A program made the position numbers and the translations under genes. 64,000 bases of DNA, from the NCBI GenBank assembly GCA_021108395.1, contig JAIOQZ010000045.1, positions 11,487 through 75,486 of the forward strand, in the 5' to 3' direction. The stretch comes from Candidatus Cloacimonadota bacterium (GTDB lineage Bacteria; Cloacimonadota; Cloacimonadia; Cloacimonadales; JAIOQZ01). This document shows, one piece after another, positions 1-12,048 of this stretch. Under the pieces are notes generated by a model. The model was not told the origin of the DNA and did not search any database. It worked only from the letters and a program-made list of their open reading frames with translations. Numbering within the stretch: position 1 is the first letter of the stretch; each line of letters opens with the position of its first letter.

Positions 1-1
1 G

Positions 2-205
2 GGCCGTCCCGAATGGGCCGGGCTTGTGCTGGTGTACGCCCGCTACGAGATATTCGAAGTGCCCGGCTATCTGGGCATTCTGGCGCCGGTGCGCATGAAC
101 TACGCCAAAAACATCCCGATTGTACGCGACATCGCCGAGACAATCACGAAAACGACACGCAAAGGAATGATGGTGCCACGCTATGAAAAAGCGCGACAAA
201 GATAA
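2..205 (+). CDS. hrcA: HrcA heat-inducible repressor, C-terminal fragment (5' end outside window)
   Basis: Frame 2 is open from the window edge to TAA at 203-205. The tail ...VPGYLGILAPVRMNYAKNIPIVRDIAETIT resembles the conserved HrcA C-terminus (GPxRMxY..IP.V). It lies directly upstream of grpE-dnaK-dnaJ and overlaps the grpE start. Confidence 0.6.
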   Translation, partial: GRPEWAGLVLVYARYEIFEVPGYLGILAPVRMNYAKNIPIVRDIAETITKTTRKGMMVPRYEKARQR

Positions 206-761
206 CAAGAAAAGCCTCAGCCAGGCTGAAGTCGAACAGGCGTTCGCGGCAATAAACGACGACGGCGGCGAGGGAACCGAAGAAACGAAAGAGGCCGCGC
301 TCGAACGCAACCTGCAAACGATGCGCGACAAGTGGCTGCGCACAACTGCAGAGTTCGAGAACTACCGCCGCCGCACCGATAGCGAAAAAAGCCGCTGGAT
401 AAAAAACGCCACCGAGCGGCTCGTGATCGAGATATGCGACGTGCTCGACAACTTCGAGCGCGCCATCGAGACCGGCATTCAGGAGCACCAGTTCGACAGC
501 TTCCTCGCAGGCGTCGAGCTGATTCACAAGCAACTGGCCGACGTGCTGGCCAAAGAAGGCGTGAAGCGCATCGAGGCAGGTGACGCCAAGTTTGACCCTA
601 TGGTGCACGACGCTGTGAGCCAGGCGCCTGCCGACCAGCCACGCGACACCGTTCTCGCCGTCATCCAGAACGGCTACATCATGCACGACAAAGTGATTCG
701 CCCGGCCAAAGTGGTCGTCTCACGCGGGCCACTCGACGACAACGAAACAGAGAATAACTAA
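183..761 (+). CDS. grpE: Nucleotide exchange factor GrpE
   Basis: 192-aa ORF with the GrpE hallmark LRTTAEFENYRRR and a C-terminal beta-domain (GYIMHDKVIRPAKVVV). It sits between hrcA and dnaK. Confidence 0.9.
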   Translation: MKKRDKDNKKSLSQAEVEQAFAAINDDGGEGTEETKEAALERNLQTMRDKWLRTTAEFENYRRRTDSEKSRWIKNATERLVIEICDVLDNFERAIETGIQEHQFDSFLAGVELIHKQLADVLAKEGVKRIEAGDAKFDPMVHDAVSQAPADQPRDTVLAVIQNGYIMHDKVIRPAKVVVSRGPLDDNETENN

Positions 762-2723
<1,962 letters not shown>

Positions 2724-2736
2724 TAACGTAATAAGT

Positions 2737-2768
2737 CGGGCGGGGCTGGTTCCCGCCCGTCATTTCTA
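2737..2768 (+). terminator. GC-rich hairpin between dnaK and dnaJ (attenuator or partial terminator)
   Basis: CGGGCGGG-gctggtt-CCCGCCCG (2737-2759) followed by the T-rich tcatttct. This is a common position for a dnaK/dnaJ stoichiometry hairpin. Confidence 0.4.
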
Positions 2769-2779
2769 TAGAGGTTTGT

Positions 2780-3928
2780 ATGGCAAAACGTGATTACTAT
2801 GAAGTGCTGGGTATTGACAAGGCCGCTGATGGGTCTGCGATAAAGAAGGCCTACCGCAAGTCGGCCATGAAGTATCACCCAGACAAGAACAAAGACGACC
2901 CAGCCGCTGAGGAAAAGTTTAAGGAAGCCTCCGAGGCCTACGAAGTCCTCTCTGACCAGGACAAGCGCGCCAGGTATGACAGGTTCGGTCACGCTGGAAT
3001 GCAGGACGCCTTCGGTCAAGGCGGCTTCGGCTGGAAGGACTTCACTCACGGTTCCGAGTTCGAGGACATCTTCAGCGGGTTCAGCAGCATCTTCGACACC
3101 TTCTTCGGTGGCGGCGGCTATGGCGGCGGGGGACGACAGCGCGTCAACCGAGGCGAAGACCTGCAAATCTCCCTGTCGCTCAGTCTGAAGGAAATCGCCA
3201 GGGGCGTTGATAAGAAGATAAAAATCAACGTGCAGATTCCCTGCTCCACCTGCAAAGGCAGCGGCTCGAAGGACGGCAAAACCCGCACCTGCACCCAGTG
3301 TAACGGTTCGGGCCAGGTTCGCCAAATGCGCCGCAGTTTCTTTGGGCATATGTCAACGGTGGTTTCGTGTCCAACCTGTCATGGCAAGGGCAAGATCATC
3401 ACCGACGCCTGCCCTGTCTGCCACGGCGACGGTCGCGTGGGCGAAGCCAAAACGCTCAACGTGCACATCCCGGCGGGCGTTGCCGAGGGGCAATACATCC
3501 GCATGCGAAGCCAGGGCAACACCGGACCGAATGGCGGCCCGTCCGGCGATATTCTCGTGCTCATCCACGAGAAGGAAGACGACATCTTTGAGCGCGACGG
3601 CGACAACCTCATCTGCGAGTACCCCATCAGCTATTCGCAGGCGGCGCTGGGCACCGAGCTCGACATTCCGACTCTGACAGGCAAGGTCAAGATGAAGGTG
3701 CCGGCCGGTACGCAGTCGGGCCGTGTGTTCCGCCTCAAGGGGCAGGGACTCACCCGCCTCAACAGCGGCTATCACGGCGATCTTTTCATACGGGTAGCGG
3801 TCATCACTCCCACCAGGCTGAACGCCGAAGAAAAGCAACTGCTCGAAAAGCTGGCCAAGTTTGACAGCGCAAAGAAGCTGCACCCGGGCAAGTCGTTTTT
3901 TCAGAAACTGAAGGAATTCTTTGTTTGA
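2780..3928 (+). CDS. dnaJ: Co-chaperone DnaJ
   Basis: 382 aa with a J-domain HPDKN motif, a Gly/Phe-rich linker and four CxxCxGxG zinc-finger repeats ([32 protein letters not shown]). Confidence 0.97.
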   Translation: MAKRDYYEVLGIDKAADGSAIKKAYRKSAMKYHPDKNKDDPAAEEKFKEASEAYEVLSDQDKRARYDRFGHAGMQDAFGQGGFGWKDFTHGSEFEDIFSGFSSIFDTFFGGGGYGGGGRQRVNRGEDLQISLSLSLKEIARGVDKKIKINVQIPCSTCKGSGSKDGKTRTCTQCNGSGQVRQMRRSFFGHMSTVVSCPTCHGKGKIITDACPVCHGDGRVGEAKTLNVHIPAGVAEGQYIRMRSQGNTGPNGGPSGDILVLIHEKEDDIFERDGDNLICEYPISYSQAALGTELDIPTLTGKVKMKVPAGTQSGRVFRLKGQGLTRLNSGYHGDLFIRVAVITPTRLNAEEKQLLEKLAKFDSAKKLHPGKSFFQKLKEFFV

Positions 3929-4662
3929 TGCCCTGTCACTACATGCCGGGGTTGACGATTGACAGCCGCGAAATAGAGATTGGCGGCGACGAATTTCATC
4001 ATATCACCCACGTCATGCGCCATAGCGTTGGCGCTTCTTTGCTGCTCACCAGCGGCGATGGCGTTCTGGCCGACGTAGTCGTCACCGCCATTGGCAGGCA
4101 TAGCCTGCGGGCAAGGGTCACTGCCACGCGCACTCATGAGAAAAGCCGGCCGCGACTGGCCTGCGCTTTCAGTCTGCTGCGCGGCAAGCACGACCACCTC
4201 ATCGTCGAGAAGCTCACCGAGCTGGGCGTGAGCGCGTTCTATCCGTTCACCTGCGAGCACAGCGTTCGCCGACCGAGCGGCAACACCACCGCCAGGTTCG
4301 TCACCGTTGCCACAGCCGCCATGAAGCAGTGCGACGGCGCGTTTCTGCCGCTGGTGCACGACACGCAACCCCTGCGCCAGACGCTGGATGCCATACGCGC
4401 CGCCGGCTACACCCCGCTGGTGGCCAGTGAAACCGAATGTGGCAGCCTGCTGCCCGTCGCGCTGGGCAAGGTGACGGGCGACATGTGCCTCGTGATAGGG
4501 CCAGAGGGCGGCTGGAGCGAGGCCGAGCGGGAGTGGTTCGAGGCGGAGGGACTGCACACGGTGAGCCTGGGCAACCACGTCCTGCGCGCCGAGACAGCGG
4601 CCATCGCCGGCGCTGGGATGGTGGTGGGAGCGTTTTTAAGCGGGAACAGCGAATTCTATTGA
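3928..4662 (+). CDS. rsmE: 16S rRNA (uracil1498-N3)-methyltransferase RsmE
   Basis: The ATG overlaps the dnaJ stop (TGATG). The C-terminal LVIGPEGGWSEAE...LGNHVLRAETAAI matches the RsmE SPOUT knot region. The track ORF starts 3 nt earlier at a TTG. Confidence 0.85.
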   Translation: MPCHYMPGLTIDSREIEIGGDEFHHITHVMRHSVGASLLLTSGDGVLADVVVTAIGRHSLRARVTATRTHEKSRPRLACAFSLLRGKHDHLIVEKLTELGVSAFYPFTCEHSVRRPSGNTTARFVTVATAAMKQCDGAFLPLVHDTQPLRQTLDAIRAAGYTPLVASETECGSLLPVALGKVTGDMCLVIGPEGGWSEAEREWFEAEGLHTVSLGNHVLRAETAAIAGAGMVVGAFLSGNSEFY

Positions 4663-4683
4663 TTTTGTATTTCTCTACTATAT

Positions 4684-4905
4684 GACAAGCTCACTTTTTG
4701 CAAAAAGTGAGATCAAAAACTTCTCTAAAAGGGTCACTCCGCTTCGCTACATGACTGGAACCTTCGTTTCCTATGTACAACAATTTCTTATGACACAAGG
4801 ATACTTTAGCATCCACCATAAATTTTCGGTCTCGCCTTTTACAAAAGGCGAGCGGGGTTCAGGGGCAGAGCCCCTGTCTTATTGGGCGAAGCCCCTGCTC
4901 TTAAG
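4684..4905. repeat. Hairpin-mosaic repeat locus A (modules H-L-X'-F' then C'-P-L'-H-T'-T')
   Basis: Contains CTCACTTTTTgcAAAAAGTGAG (4690-4711), GGTCACTCCGCTTCGCTACATGAC, GGAACCTTCGTTTCCTATGTACA, TTCTTATGACACAAGG, GGATACtttaGCATCC, CTCGCCTTTTacAAAAGGCGAG (4831-4852) and GGGGTTCAGGGGcagagCCCCTGTCTTA, plus a second partial terminal hairpin. The modules recur at eight other loci (see findings). Confidence 0.85.
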
Positions 4906-4961
4906 AAAATTGGCTTTGACAAAATTGCAGCCTGCGCCAGTGTGTTTTCATGGAGGTGAAC

Positions 4962-6482
4962 ATGAAACGTTATTGGTGCTTTGCGATGATTCTTGGCCTG
5001 CTGGCCTCTCTTTCTTCTATCCAGTTCCGCGTTATGACCTACAACTCGCTCAACTTCAACGGCGAGGACGCCACCCGCGCCGCCTACTTCGGCCAGGTGG
5101 TGCAAGAGGTTGACCCGCATGTAATAGTGATGCAGGAGATGATAAATCAGAACGGCGTAAACGTGATGATCGAAGCTATTTGCGAGGTGTCCGGCGACTA
5201 TGTGGCGGCACCGTTCGTCAATGGCTATGACACCGATAACATCATGTTCTACAAGCCATTCGCCGTCACCCTCACCGACCATTATTTCATCCCCACGGCC
5301 CTGCGGGAAATCGCTGAGTATGAGCTGGAGATTTACGGGGTGCCGTTGCGGGTGTATTCGTGCCATCTCAAGGCCAGCAGCGGCTGTGAGTCACAGCGCC
5401 TGGCCGAGGTGACCATCCTTCGCAACCACCTCAACGCCCTGCCCTCCGGCACCGAGTTCATTGTCGGCGGCGACATGAACATGTACACCTCAGGCGAGCC
5501 GGCCTATCAGAAATTCATCGCCAGCGAGGCTGACAACGACGGCCGCAGCTATGACCCCAGCCTGGCCGGTTCCTGGCACGACAACTCGAACTTCGCTCAC
5601 ATACACACGCAGTCAACCCGCGATGTGAGCGTTGGCGGCGGCGCTTCCGGCGGCCTCGACGACCGCTTCGACTTCCTGTTTCTCGCCTACGACCTCAATG
5701 ACGGCGACGGAATCGAATTCGTCGAGGATACCTACACGCCTTACGGTAACGACGGCAATCACCTCAACGACTCGATCAACGACGGCTATAACGCCGCCGT
5801 AAGCGCCGAGATGGCCGACGCGCTCTTCTATGCCACCGACCACCTGCCCGTGTTCGCCGACTTCACCTCCATCGAGTCGGTGTCCCTGGAGATGCTTGCC
5901 TACCGCGTGGAAGACGTAACCCGCTCACCGCTGTTGTCATGGATTACCCGCGCCGAAAGCGACATGCTGGGGTTCAACGTGCTGCACGCCCCCACAGACG
6001 ACCTGGGCGACGCTCAAGTTGTCACCGGCTCTGTCATTCCGGCATACAACAGCATGGGCGAAAACTACTATGGCTTCGAGGCGCCCGCCGACTTCGGCTA
6101 CAATTACTACTGGCTCGAGATGGTGGGCATGGACGGCACCACCGCCTTCACCAATTCGCTACAGTTCTACTCCACGCCCGTCACCGACGACACGACACCG
6201 CCCATCGTGGTCAACCTGGGGCAGAACTGGCCCAACCCGTTCAATCCCAGCACCACCATCGAATACGCCGTGTCCGCGCCGGCTACGGTCGAGCTTAGCG
6301 TCTTCAACCTGCGCGGGCAGCGGGTAGCCACGCTCGTCCGTGACGAGATGCCGGCGGGAAGTCACCGCGCTCAGTGGAGCGGCCAGGACTCGAGCGGCAA
6401 TCCGGTTGCATCCGGCGTGTATGTCTGCCGCCTGTCCGTCGGCGACGAAGTGCGCTTCCGCAAGATGGTGCTGACGAAGTAG
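4962..6482 (+). CDS. Secreted endonuclease/exonuclease/phosphatase (EEP) family protein with T9SS C-terminal sorting domain
   Basis: SD GGAGG lies 6 nt upstream of ATG 4962. It has a signal peptide (MKRYWCFAMILGLLASLSS), EEP-type motifs (MTYNSLNF, VMQE, GGDMN, TDHLPV) and a C-terminal NWPNPFNPSTTIEY...SGVYVCRL...MVLTK typical of Por/T9SS CTDs. Confidence 0.8.
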   Translation: MKRYWCFAMILGLLASLSSIQFRVMTYNSLNFNGEDATRAAYFGQVVQEVDPHVIVMQEMINQNGVNVMIEAICEVSGDYVAAPFVNGYDTDNIMFYKPFAVTLTDHYFIPTALREIAEYELEIYGVPLRVYSCHLKASSGCESQRLAEVTILRNHLNALPSGTEFIVGGDMNMYTSGEPAYQKFIASEADNDGRSYDPSLAGSWHDNSNFAHIHTQSTRDVSVGGGASGGLDDRFDFLFLAYDLNDGDGIEFVEDTYTPYGNDGNHLNDSINDGYNAAVSAEMADALFYATDHLPVFADFTSIESVSLEMLAYRVEDVTRSPLLSWITRAESDMLGFNVLHAPTDDLGDAQVVTGSVIPAYNSMGENYYGFEAPADFGYNYYWLEMVGMDGTTAFTNSLQFYSTPVTDDTTPPIVVNLGQNWPNPFNPSTTIEYAVSAPATVELSVFNLRGQRVATLVRDEMPAGSHRAQWSGQDSSGNPVASGVYVCRLSVGDEVRFRKMVLTK

Positions 6483-6552
6483 CCAAACTTTTTGTAAAAA
6501 GTTTGGATCAAAAACTTTCGGCGGATGCTTACGCATCCTTGTATCAGAAGGA
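6483..6552. repeat. Hairpin-mosaic repeat locus B (H-L-P-partial C)
   Basis: CCAAACTTTTTgtAAAAAGTTTGG (6483-6506) starts immediately after the EEP stop codon. It is followed by ATCAAAAACTTT, GGATGCttacGCATCC (6523-6538) and TTGTATCAGAAGGA. Confidence 0.8.
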
Positions 6553-6559
6553 TTTATCG

Positions 6560-6589
6560 AAAGAGGGGCGACTATAGTCGCCCCTCTTT
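6560..6589. terminator. Bidirectional rho-independent terminator between convergent genes
   Basis: AAAGAGGGGCGAC-tata-GTCGCCCCTCTTT is a perfect 13-bp stem with an A-tract and a T-tract on either side. It lies between the EEP gene (+) and the C25 gene (-). Confidence 0.8.
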
Positions 6590-6609
6590 GTATATTGAAT
6601 TGTCTGCTT

Positions 6610-9600
6610 CTACTTGAGCAACAGCATCTTACTTGTTTGGGTGAAGCCTGCCACGGTCATGCGCAGGAAATAGACCCCCGAGGCGGTTGGCTGGCCGGCA
6701 TCGTTGTCGCCGAGCCACAGCACCTCATGATTGCCGGGTTCGCGGTACTCACGCAGTAGCGTGCGCACACGCTGGCCGCGAACGTTGTACACCACCAGCT
6801 TCACCTCGCCCGCTTGCGCCAGGCTGAAGCGTACGGTCGTCTCCGGGTTGAAGGGGTTGGGGTAGTTGCTACCGAGCGCAGTAACCGCCACTGGAGCGCC
6901 GCTGCCATCCCCGTCAACGCCGCTGCCGTCCCAATAGACGGGAATCTCGCCGGTCGCTTCGGACAGGCCCACGTCGTAAACGGCATCGACCCAGTAGTAG
7001 TAATTGGTCAGCGAATCGATGCTGGAGACAAACAGGGTGTCATCGATGCCGTCGGCAACGAGTTCGGTATTGCCCGTGTCGATGCGCCGCCAGACACGGA
7101 ATTCCTGTAGCACGGCACGGTTGCGTTGTCCCTGCTCTCGCCGCGAGTTGCGGCTCAGTTCGCCGTCGTAGTCCCAGGTGAGAGTCAGCTCGCCATTTAA
7201 TTGGTCTGCCTGAATATCGTATGGCGGTTGCAGGTAGGTGAGCGCGAAATCGTGCCCTGCGGAAACCTCGCCTTGCAGAATGCTCACGTCGGCCTCGGTC
7301 TGCGGCTCGCAATAGCACGCCCAGGCGGTGAGGTCGTAGGTACCCTCGCTCACATACAGTGTCCAGTCACCCGTATCGAGGGGCGCCACGGTGCTCTCGC
7401 CGACGCTCACGCGGGCGCTGGAGAGCGGTATGGAAGGCTCGTCGATGGTGAGGCTGCCGGATAGTTTGCAGGCCATGTCCTGACTGCCGGTGACAGTCAC
7501 ATCGTCAATGGTCCAGCCATAGGCCACGGTGCTCCCATCCGCTCCGAAGTGGAAGCGGAAGGTGGCATAGTTGCCGGCGTAATCCCCAACGTCGAAGATC
7601 ACCTCGCTGTAGCCCGGACTATAGCCAGTGAAGCACGGCTCGTTGGGAATACCGGCGTTGCTGCCGTTGGCGGTGCCGTTGTAACCGCCCTGCGGATGGA
7701 TCAGATTCCAGGAGGAGCCGCCATCGATAGAGATTTTTACGTTGCAGCCATCGTGATCGAACTGAGTACGGAAGTCGTGCCAGAAGATGAGCTGGCTGCT
7801 GGCGCCAATGTAATACTCATTGGAGTATAGCGATTCGTCGGCGTTGTTGTTGTAAAACACCATAAGGTCGGTACCCCAGGCATAGAGGCCTGAGTTGGCG
7901 TCGATGTTGGGTATGCCGTACGCCCATTCATCTTCACCCACAAATCCCTCATCGCCCGACTCGAAATCGGTGCTCCAGCCCCATATGCCCACGGTTGACT
8001 GCAAAGTCCAGTTCCGTGTGCCACCACCGGCACACTCCACCTCGAATGTGAAGGTGATGGACTCGCCCACAACCGCGCCATCGCTGACACTGTAGGCAAA
8101 GGCGCGCTGCGCGTTGTCGCCTGCTGCGATGTCGGGATATGACAGCTCGGTATCGATGATGGTCACCGCTGCGCTGCTCGATGTCAGCGTGGCCACGACA
8201 TCGGCGGCGAATGTGTCGGAGATATTATCGATGTTGATGATGAGCAGCCCGTCCTCGCCCGGGTCCATAATGCCGTCGTTGTTGCCTTCGGCATCCCAGA
8301 TAAGCGAAGCTTCCATCTTGAGACGCGGTTTGTAGGACACCAGGGAGAATGTGTAGTTCCACGAGCTGTCGTCGTCATCGCACACAATATCGAAGGTGAT
8401 GACGTGTCCATCGGGGCACGAGGGCAGCACGTTGAAGGTGTAGAAGGCCTCGTTGACGCCGGTGTAGGTGCTCTCGATGTCGCTGTATTCGGCTGTGTCG
8501 GTCAGCAGGAGGATGTAGTCGTCGCTCGAGCTGATGGTGGCGGTTACGCCAGTGGCCGGTGAGAGGCCTACGTTCTCGAGATAGATACCCAAATCGATGG
8601 TCTCGCCGGCATCGATGATGCCGCTGCCATCTTCGTCGTGCACCACCACGTCACCCATGATGAGATAGCTGTCCTCGAAGCTCACTGGCGTGCCGGTGAA
8701 GAAGAGCGCTGTCTCATGGCCCAGGGAAGCCGCCGCAGTGGGGTATGTATTGTCATAGACATATTGCAGGCCCACCAACTCGGTATGGTCTTCCAGGCCA
8801 ATGGTGCAATAATTGCCCTGCTCGTTATATGGGCTCATATTCGAATCCACATCGTTGAACTGTTTGTATTGCATCTTGATCGGCCCGTCGAAGGTGGACG
8901 ACAGATAGTAATCGGGGTCGTAGAGAATGAGCTGGAACTCCTCGGCTGCACTGCCCACCCAGTTGATGCAATCCCAGGTAATCACGAAGGTGTGGCTCTC
9001 TGAGTCGAACCAGGAGTAAACACCGCCGCCGGTGGTGAACAGCTCGTCCCAGAACACGGCGATCATGGGGCTGGGGCCCAGCGCACCCGGGATGACCCAG
9101 TTGCGGAATGTCTTCTGCTCTGATAAGCCGAAAGTGACGAAGCCGTTGGAGCAGACACCGATGGTGTCGTAGTCAACGCCATAGAAGGTGAAAGTGAAGG
9201 GCAGCTCGCTAAACACGATATCGTCGCTCTCTTCGCCGGTATCGTTGATGGCGAGCTGCGTACCGGGCCCGCCCTGGCCGGGATCGATCTCGATCCAGTC
9301 GTATTCGGGGCAGTCGATATAGCCAATGTCGCCCATATCGTAAGCCACATAGCCATAGCTGTCGGGGCCCAGCGGGTCGGTGACGGTGACCACGCCCACC
9401 TCGAGCTGGAAGTGCTCGGTTTCGCTGTAGCCATCGGCATTACTGAGGGTCAGCTCGAAGGGGATAAACATCCCCGGCACGAGCAGCCCCAGACCGGTGA
9501 TCTCGAATGTATTGGTGTCGCATGTTGAGTTGTTTCCAGGGGCGATGCTGCCGAAGTCGGCTTCGGCGTCGTCCACGCGAACGAGGCCGTTGAGCGAAGT

Positions 9601-12048
9601 CAGCTCGGCGGTCACGTCGGTCAATGTCACCTGGCCATCGTTAACCAGCGTCAGCTTGAAAGTGGCTGTTTCGCCGGGATCGAGCATGCCGTTGCCGCCG
9701 TCTTCCACCCAGGCGTCATTCACGTCGAGGTCGCAGCCGCTGATGGGCAGCCAGAGACGGCTGGTCCAGTTCTGGGCGCCGGCGGTCACTTCGAGTGTGA
9801 AGACCACCTCGTGGCGGTCGGGGGTGTCCGGGGCGATTTCGATGTCGAAGTCGTCGCTGGGCTGCACGGTGGCACCCACGGCGATGTCGCCGTAGTCTTC
9901 GCTATCGTCGGAAATGGTAATGTAGGGGTCGTCGGTACTGAGCACAGCTGTAACGCCCGTTGCAGTGGAGGCGGAGTAGTTGTGCAGACCCACCGACAGC
10001 TCGATGATCTCGCCAGGATTGGCTTCGCCGTCGCTGTTGCCCTGCGAGTCGCCACTGTTGTCGTCATCGATGTTCATGTCGAAGAAGCTCACGCCGCCGG
10101 TTGTGTTGACTGTGAACGACTCGAGCTGAGGGATGTAATCTGGTTTGGTGGTGGTCAGGTCAATGTTGCCGCTCACTTCGGGGTCGAACCGTAGCGTAAG
10201 CAGGCCATCGGCGTCGGTGTAACCACGGGCAAGAATGGATTCGTCGTCGTTGCGGGCTGTGACCCAAGCGCCTGCCACGGGCATCGCCTCGTCGTCAACC
10301 ACGCTCACATCCAACCAGCCCTGGCCAAGCGGGATGCTGCCGTCGAAGCTGGTTTCCATGTCAATCGGCTCGCCCCGCCAGACGTCCATCGAGGGGTCGC
10401 CCATGAGGTTGCACCAGTAGGTGAAGCTGTTCACTGTACCCGAGGAAACACCCCAGTAGGCCAGCCACAGATACAGCTTACCGCTCATAGTGGCCTCGCC
10501 CATAGTGTGCATGTCGTTCGAGTAGAGGCCGTGAAAGATGCCGCCGGAGATGATGTTGTTGAACTGTGTATGCGTTCCCGATGTGGCCAGGCCAATGGAG
10601 CTGTGGCTACCGGTGGGCTCACTGGGAGTGCCGGCGCGCATCATGTGTTCGGTGTTGGATGTGCCGCTGGCGAAGCTGCCTGTGCTACAGGTGAGAATTA
10701 CCGCATTGACCGGCATATCGATGTTGTTCATCGAGCTGATGCTGCCGCTGTTGAACCCGCTCATGCCCAGATAGCCGCGGTAGCTGAAGAACAGCGTACC
10801 GGCGTTCATGTAGTTCACCATCTGCGAGGCGCTGGGGTTGCCGGAATACATCTCGTAAAAGGTGTGAATGGGGTCGTAGGTGCGGATACGCTCCATGATG
10901 TACTTGCTGGTAAGAATTGTGCTCAACCCCGAAGGCGAGGTATCGCCCACCATCAGGGAGTTGTGGTAGTAGTCGAGGTCGCCCATGTAGGGCTGGCGCT
11001 CGACCAGATTCATCTTGGCGAGCCAGGTGGCGAAGTGCGTTGTCGTTTCGATGGAGATGCGGCCGACAAAAGCTTCGGGCATAAGGTCGGTGCCATCGAG
11101 CATGGTGTAGGGGTGGTCGCCTTCGCCATAGCCGCCGCTGGCATACCAGCAGGGTATGCCGAAGCTGCCGGTTACGTCACCGATAATGACGATATACTCG
11201 GGCGGATATTCCCAGGTGTTGTAGGCGTTCTGGATATAGCCCTTTATGTTGGAGCTGGTGTTGCCCACGGTGGAGGAATCGAGCACATCGACGTCGAATC
11301 CCTTGGTGCGCTTCCACTCGACGAACTGGTCGAGCATGTCGGTAATCTGGCCGTTGCCGCTATGCACCACGATCATGTTGCGCGGCTGGTAGGGCGCGTC
11401 TTCGTCGCGGATGGTCTCGTAGTTGGTGATAGCACTGCGATACAGCGGCTCAAAGCTGCGAGAGACAGTGGGGCGCACATGCATGGCGGCCATCGGATCG
11501 CCCAGCACCCGCACCTGCATCTGAGTAATGACGTGCAGGCTGCCGGTGGCCGGATCGTAGCGAAACGGGTTCACCGTAAGCGGCACGACGCGATAGTCGC
11601 GCAGCATGACCGCATCACCCATCTGCACCTGTTCCGCCGGATACACGCCAGCGGATGCGTAGAAGGTTTCATCACAGGCAAAGCGGGTGTTTTCTTCACG
11701 CTGCACAGGCCACACGCGGCCAGTGGCGAGCATTTCTTCCTGCATCGAGACAACCTCGAAGCTCACCTCGCCCTGAACGGGCACAGCCACCAGGCTGGTG
11801 AAAGAAGGCAGCTCCGGCTGGCCGGGGGTAACGGTCGAGCCAAAGAGAGCGCCATCGATGACGATCTGCTGAAAAATTTGTCCTTCGACGTCCTGTGCGT
11901 CAAGACGCCAGGCGGGAAGCTCGAAGTCAAGGGCGGTAACACCGAGCGCCGGCTGGGCGGCGGTGAAGCCCGAAATTGTAGTCTCGGCGGCCTGCAATGC
12001 GGTCATCGAGAGAACAAGAATGAGAAACAGGGGGGTAATTCTGCTCAC
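6610..12048 (-). CDS. Giant secreted peptidase C25 (gingipain-like) family protein with repeated CARDB-like domains and T9SS C-terminal sorting domain
   Basis: GTG start at 12048 with SD AAGGAG 6 nt upstream and a signal peptide (VSRITPLFLILVLSMTALQA). The C25 core spans EYIVIIGD...GDHPY...AVILTCSTGSF...LMGDPSMDVW. At least four repeats follow the pattern DG..DPGE....L.N.G...A..V.A.L.S. The C-terminal NYPNPFNPETTVRF...SGVYFLRM...KMLLLK is a T9SS CTD. The track ORF extends upstream to 12159. Confidence 0.8.
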   Translation of the reverse strand: MSRITPLFLILVLSMTALQAAETTISGFTAAQPALGVTALDFELPAWRLDAQDVEGQIFQQIVIDGALFGSTVTPGQPELPSFTSLVAVPVQGEVSFEVVSMQEEMLATGRVWPVQREENTRFACDETFYASAGVYPAEQVQMGDAVMLRDYRVVPLTVNPFRYDPATGSLHVITQMQVRVLGDPMAAMHVRPTVSRSFEPLYRSAITNYETIRDEDAPYQPRNMIVVHSGNGQITDMLDQFVEWKRTKGFDVDVLDSSTVGNTSSNIKGYIQNAYNTWEYPPEYIVIIGDVTGSFGIPCWYASGGYGEGDHPYTMLDGTDLMPEAFVGRISIETTTHFATWLAKMNLVERQPYMGDLDYYHNSLMVGDTSPSGLSTILTSKYIMERIRTYDPIHTFYEMYSGNPSASQMVNYMNAGTLFFSYRGYLGMSGFNSGSISSMNNIDMPVNAVILTCSTGSFASGTSNTEHMMRAGTPSEPTGSHSSIGLATSGTHTQFNNIISGGIFHGLYSNDMHTMGEATMSGKLYLWLAYWGVSSGTVNSFTYWCNLMGDPSMDVWRGEPIDMETSFDGSIPLGQGWLDVSVVDDEAMPVAGAWVTARNDDESILARGYTDADGLLTLRFDPEVSGNIDLTTTKPDYIPQLESFTVNTTGGVSFFDMNIDDDNSGDSQGNSDGEANPGEIIELSVGLHNYSASTATGVTAVLSTDDPYITISDDSEDYGDIAVGATVQPSDDFDIEIAPDTPDRHEVVFTLEVTAGAQNWTSRLWLPISGCDLDVNDAWVEDGGNGMLDPGETATFKLTLVNDGQVTLTDVTAELTSLNGLVRVDDAEADFGSIAPGNNSTCDTNTFEITGLGLLVPGMFIPFELTLSNADGYSETEHFQLEVGVVTVTDPLGPDSYGYVAYDMGDIGYIDCPEYDWIEIDPGQGGPGTQLAINDTGEESDDIVFSELPFTFTFYGVDYDTIGVCSNGFVTFGLSEQKTFRNWVIPGALGPSPMIAVFWDELFTTGGGVYSWFDSESHTFVITWDCINWVGSAAEEFQLILYDPDYYLSSTFDGPIKMQYKQFNDVDSNMSPYNEQGNYCTIGLEDHTELVGLQYVYDNTYPTAAASLGHETALFFTGTPVSFEDSYLIMGDVVVHDEDGSGIIDAGETIDLGIYLENVGLSPATGVTATISSSDDYILLLTDTAEYSDIESTYTGVNEAFYTFNVLPSCPDGHVITFDIVCDDDDSSWNYTFSLVSYKPRLKMEASLIWDAEGNNDGIMDPGEDGLLIINIDNISDTFAADVVATLTSSSAAVTIIDTELSYPDIAAGDNAQRAFAYSVSDGAVVGESITFTFEVECAGGGTRNWTLQSTVGIWGWSTDFESGDEGFVGEDEWAYGIPNIDANSGLYAWGTDLMVFYNNNADESLYSNEYYIGASSQLIFWHDFRTQFDHDGCNVKISIDGGSSWNLIHPQGGYNGTANGSNAGIPNEPCFTGYSPGYSEVIFDVGDYAGNYATFRFHFGADGSTVAYGWTIDDVTVTGSQDMACKLSGSLTIDEPSIPLSSARVSVGESTVAPLDTGDWTLYVSEGTYDLTAWACYCEPQTEADVSILQGEVSAGHDFALTYLQPPYDIQADQLNGELTLTWDYDGELSRNSRREQGQRNRAVLQEFRVWRRIDTGNTELVADGIDDTLFVSSIDSLTNYYYWVDAVYDVGLSEATGEIPVYWDGSGVDGDGSGAPVAVTALGSNYPNPFNPETTVRFSLAQAGEVKLVVYNVRGQRVRTLLREYREPGNHEVLWLGDNDAGQPTASGVYFLRMTVAGFTQTSKMLLLK

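Noticed and set aside
6610-12048. Repeated CARDB-like domains of the C25 protein, considered as a diversity-generating retroelement target (TR/VR pair)
   Set aside because: The domain copies are highly diverged at the DNA level. There are no near-identical template/variable repeats with adenine-specific differences, and no reverse transcriptase in the window.
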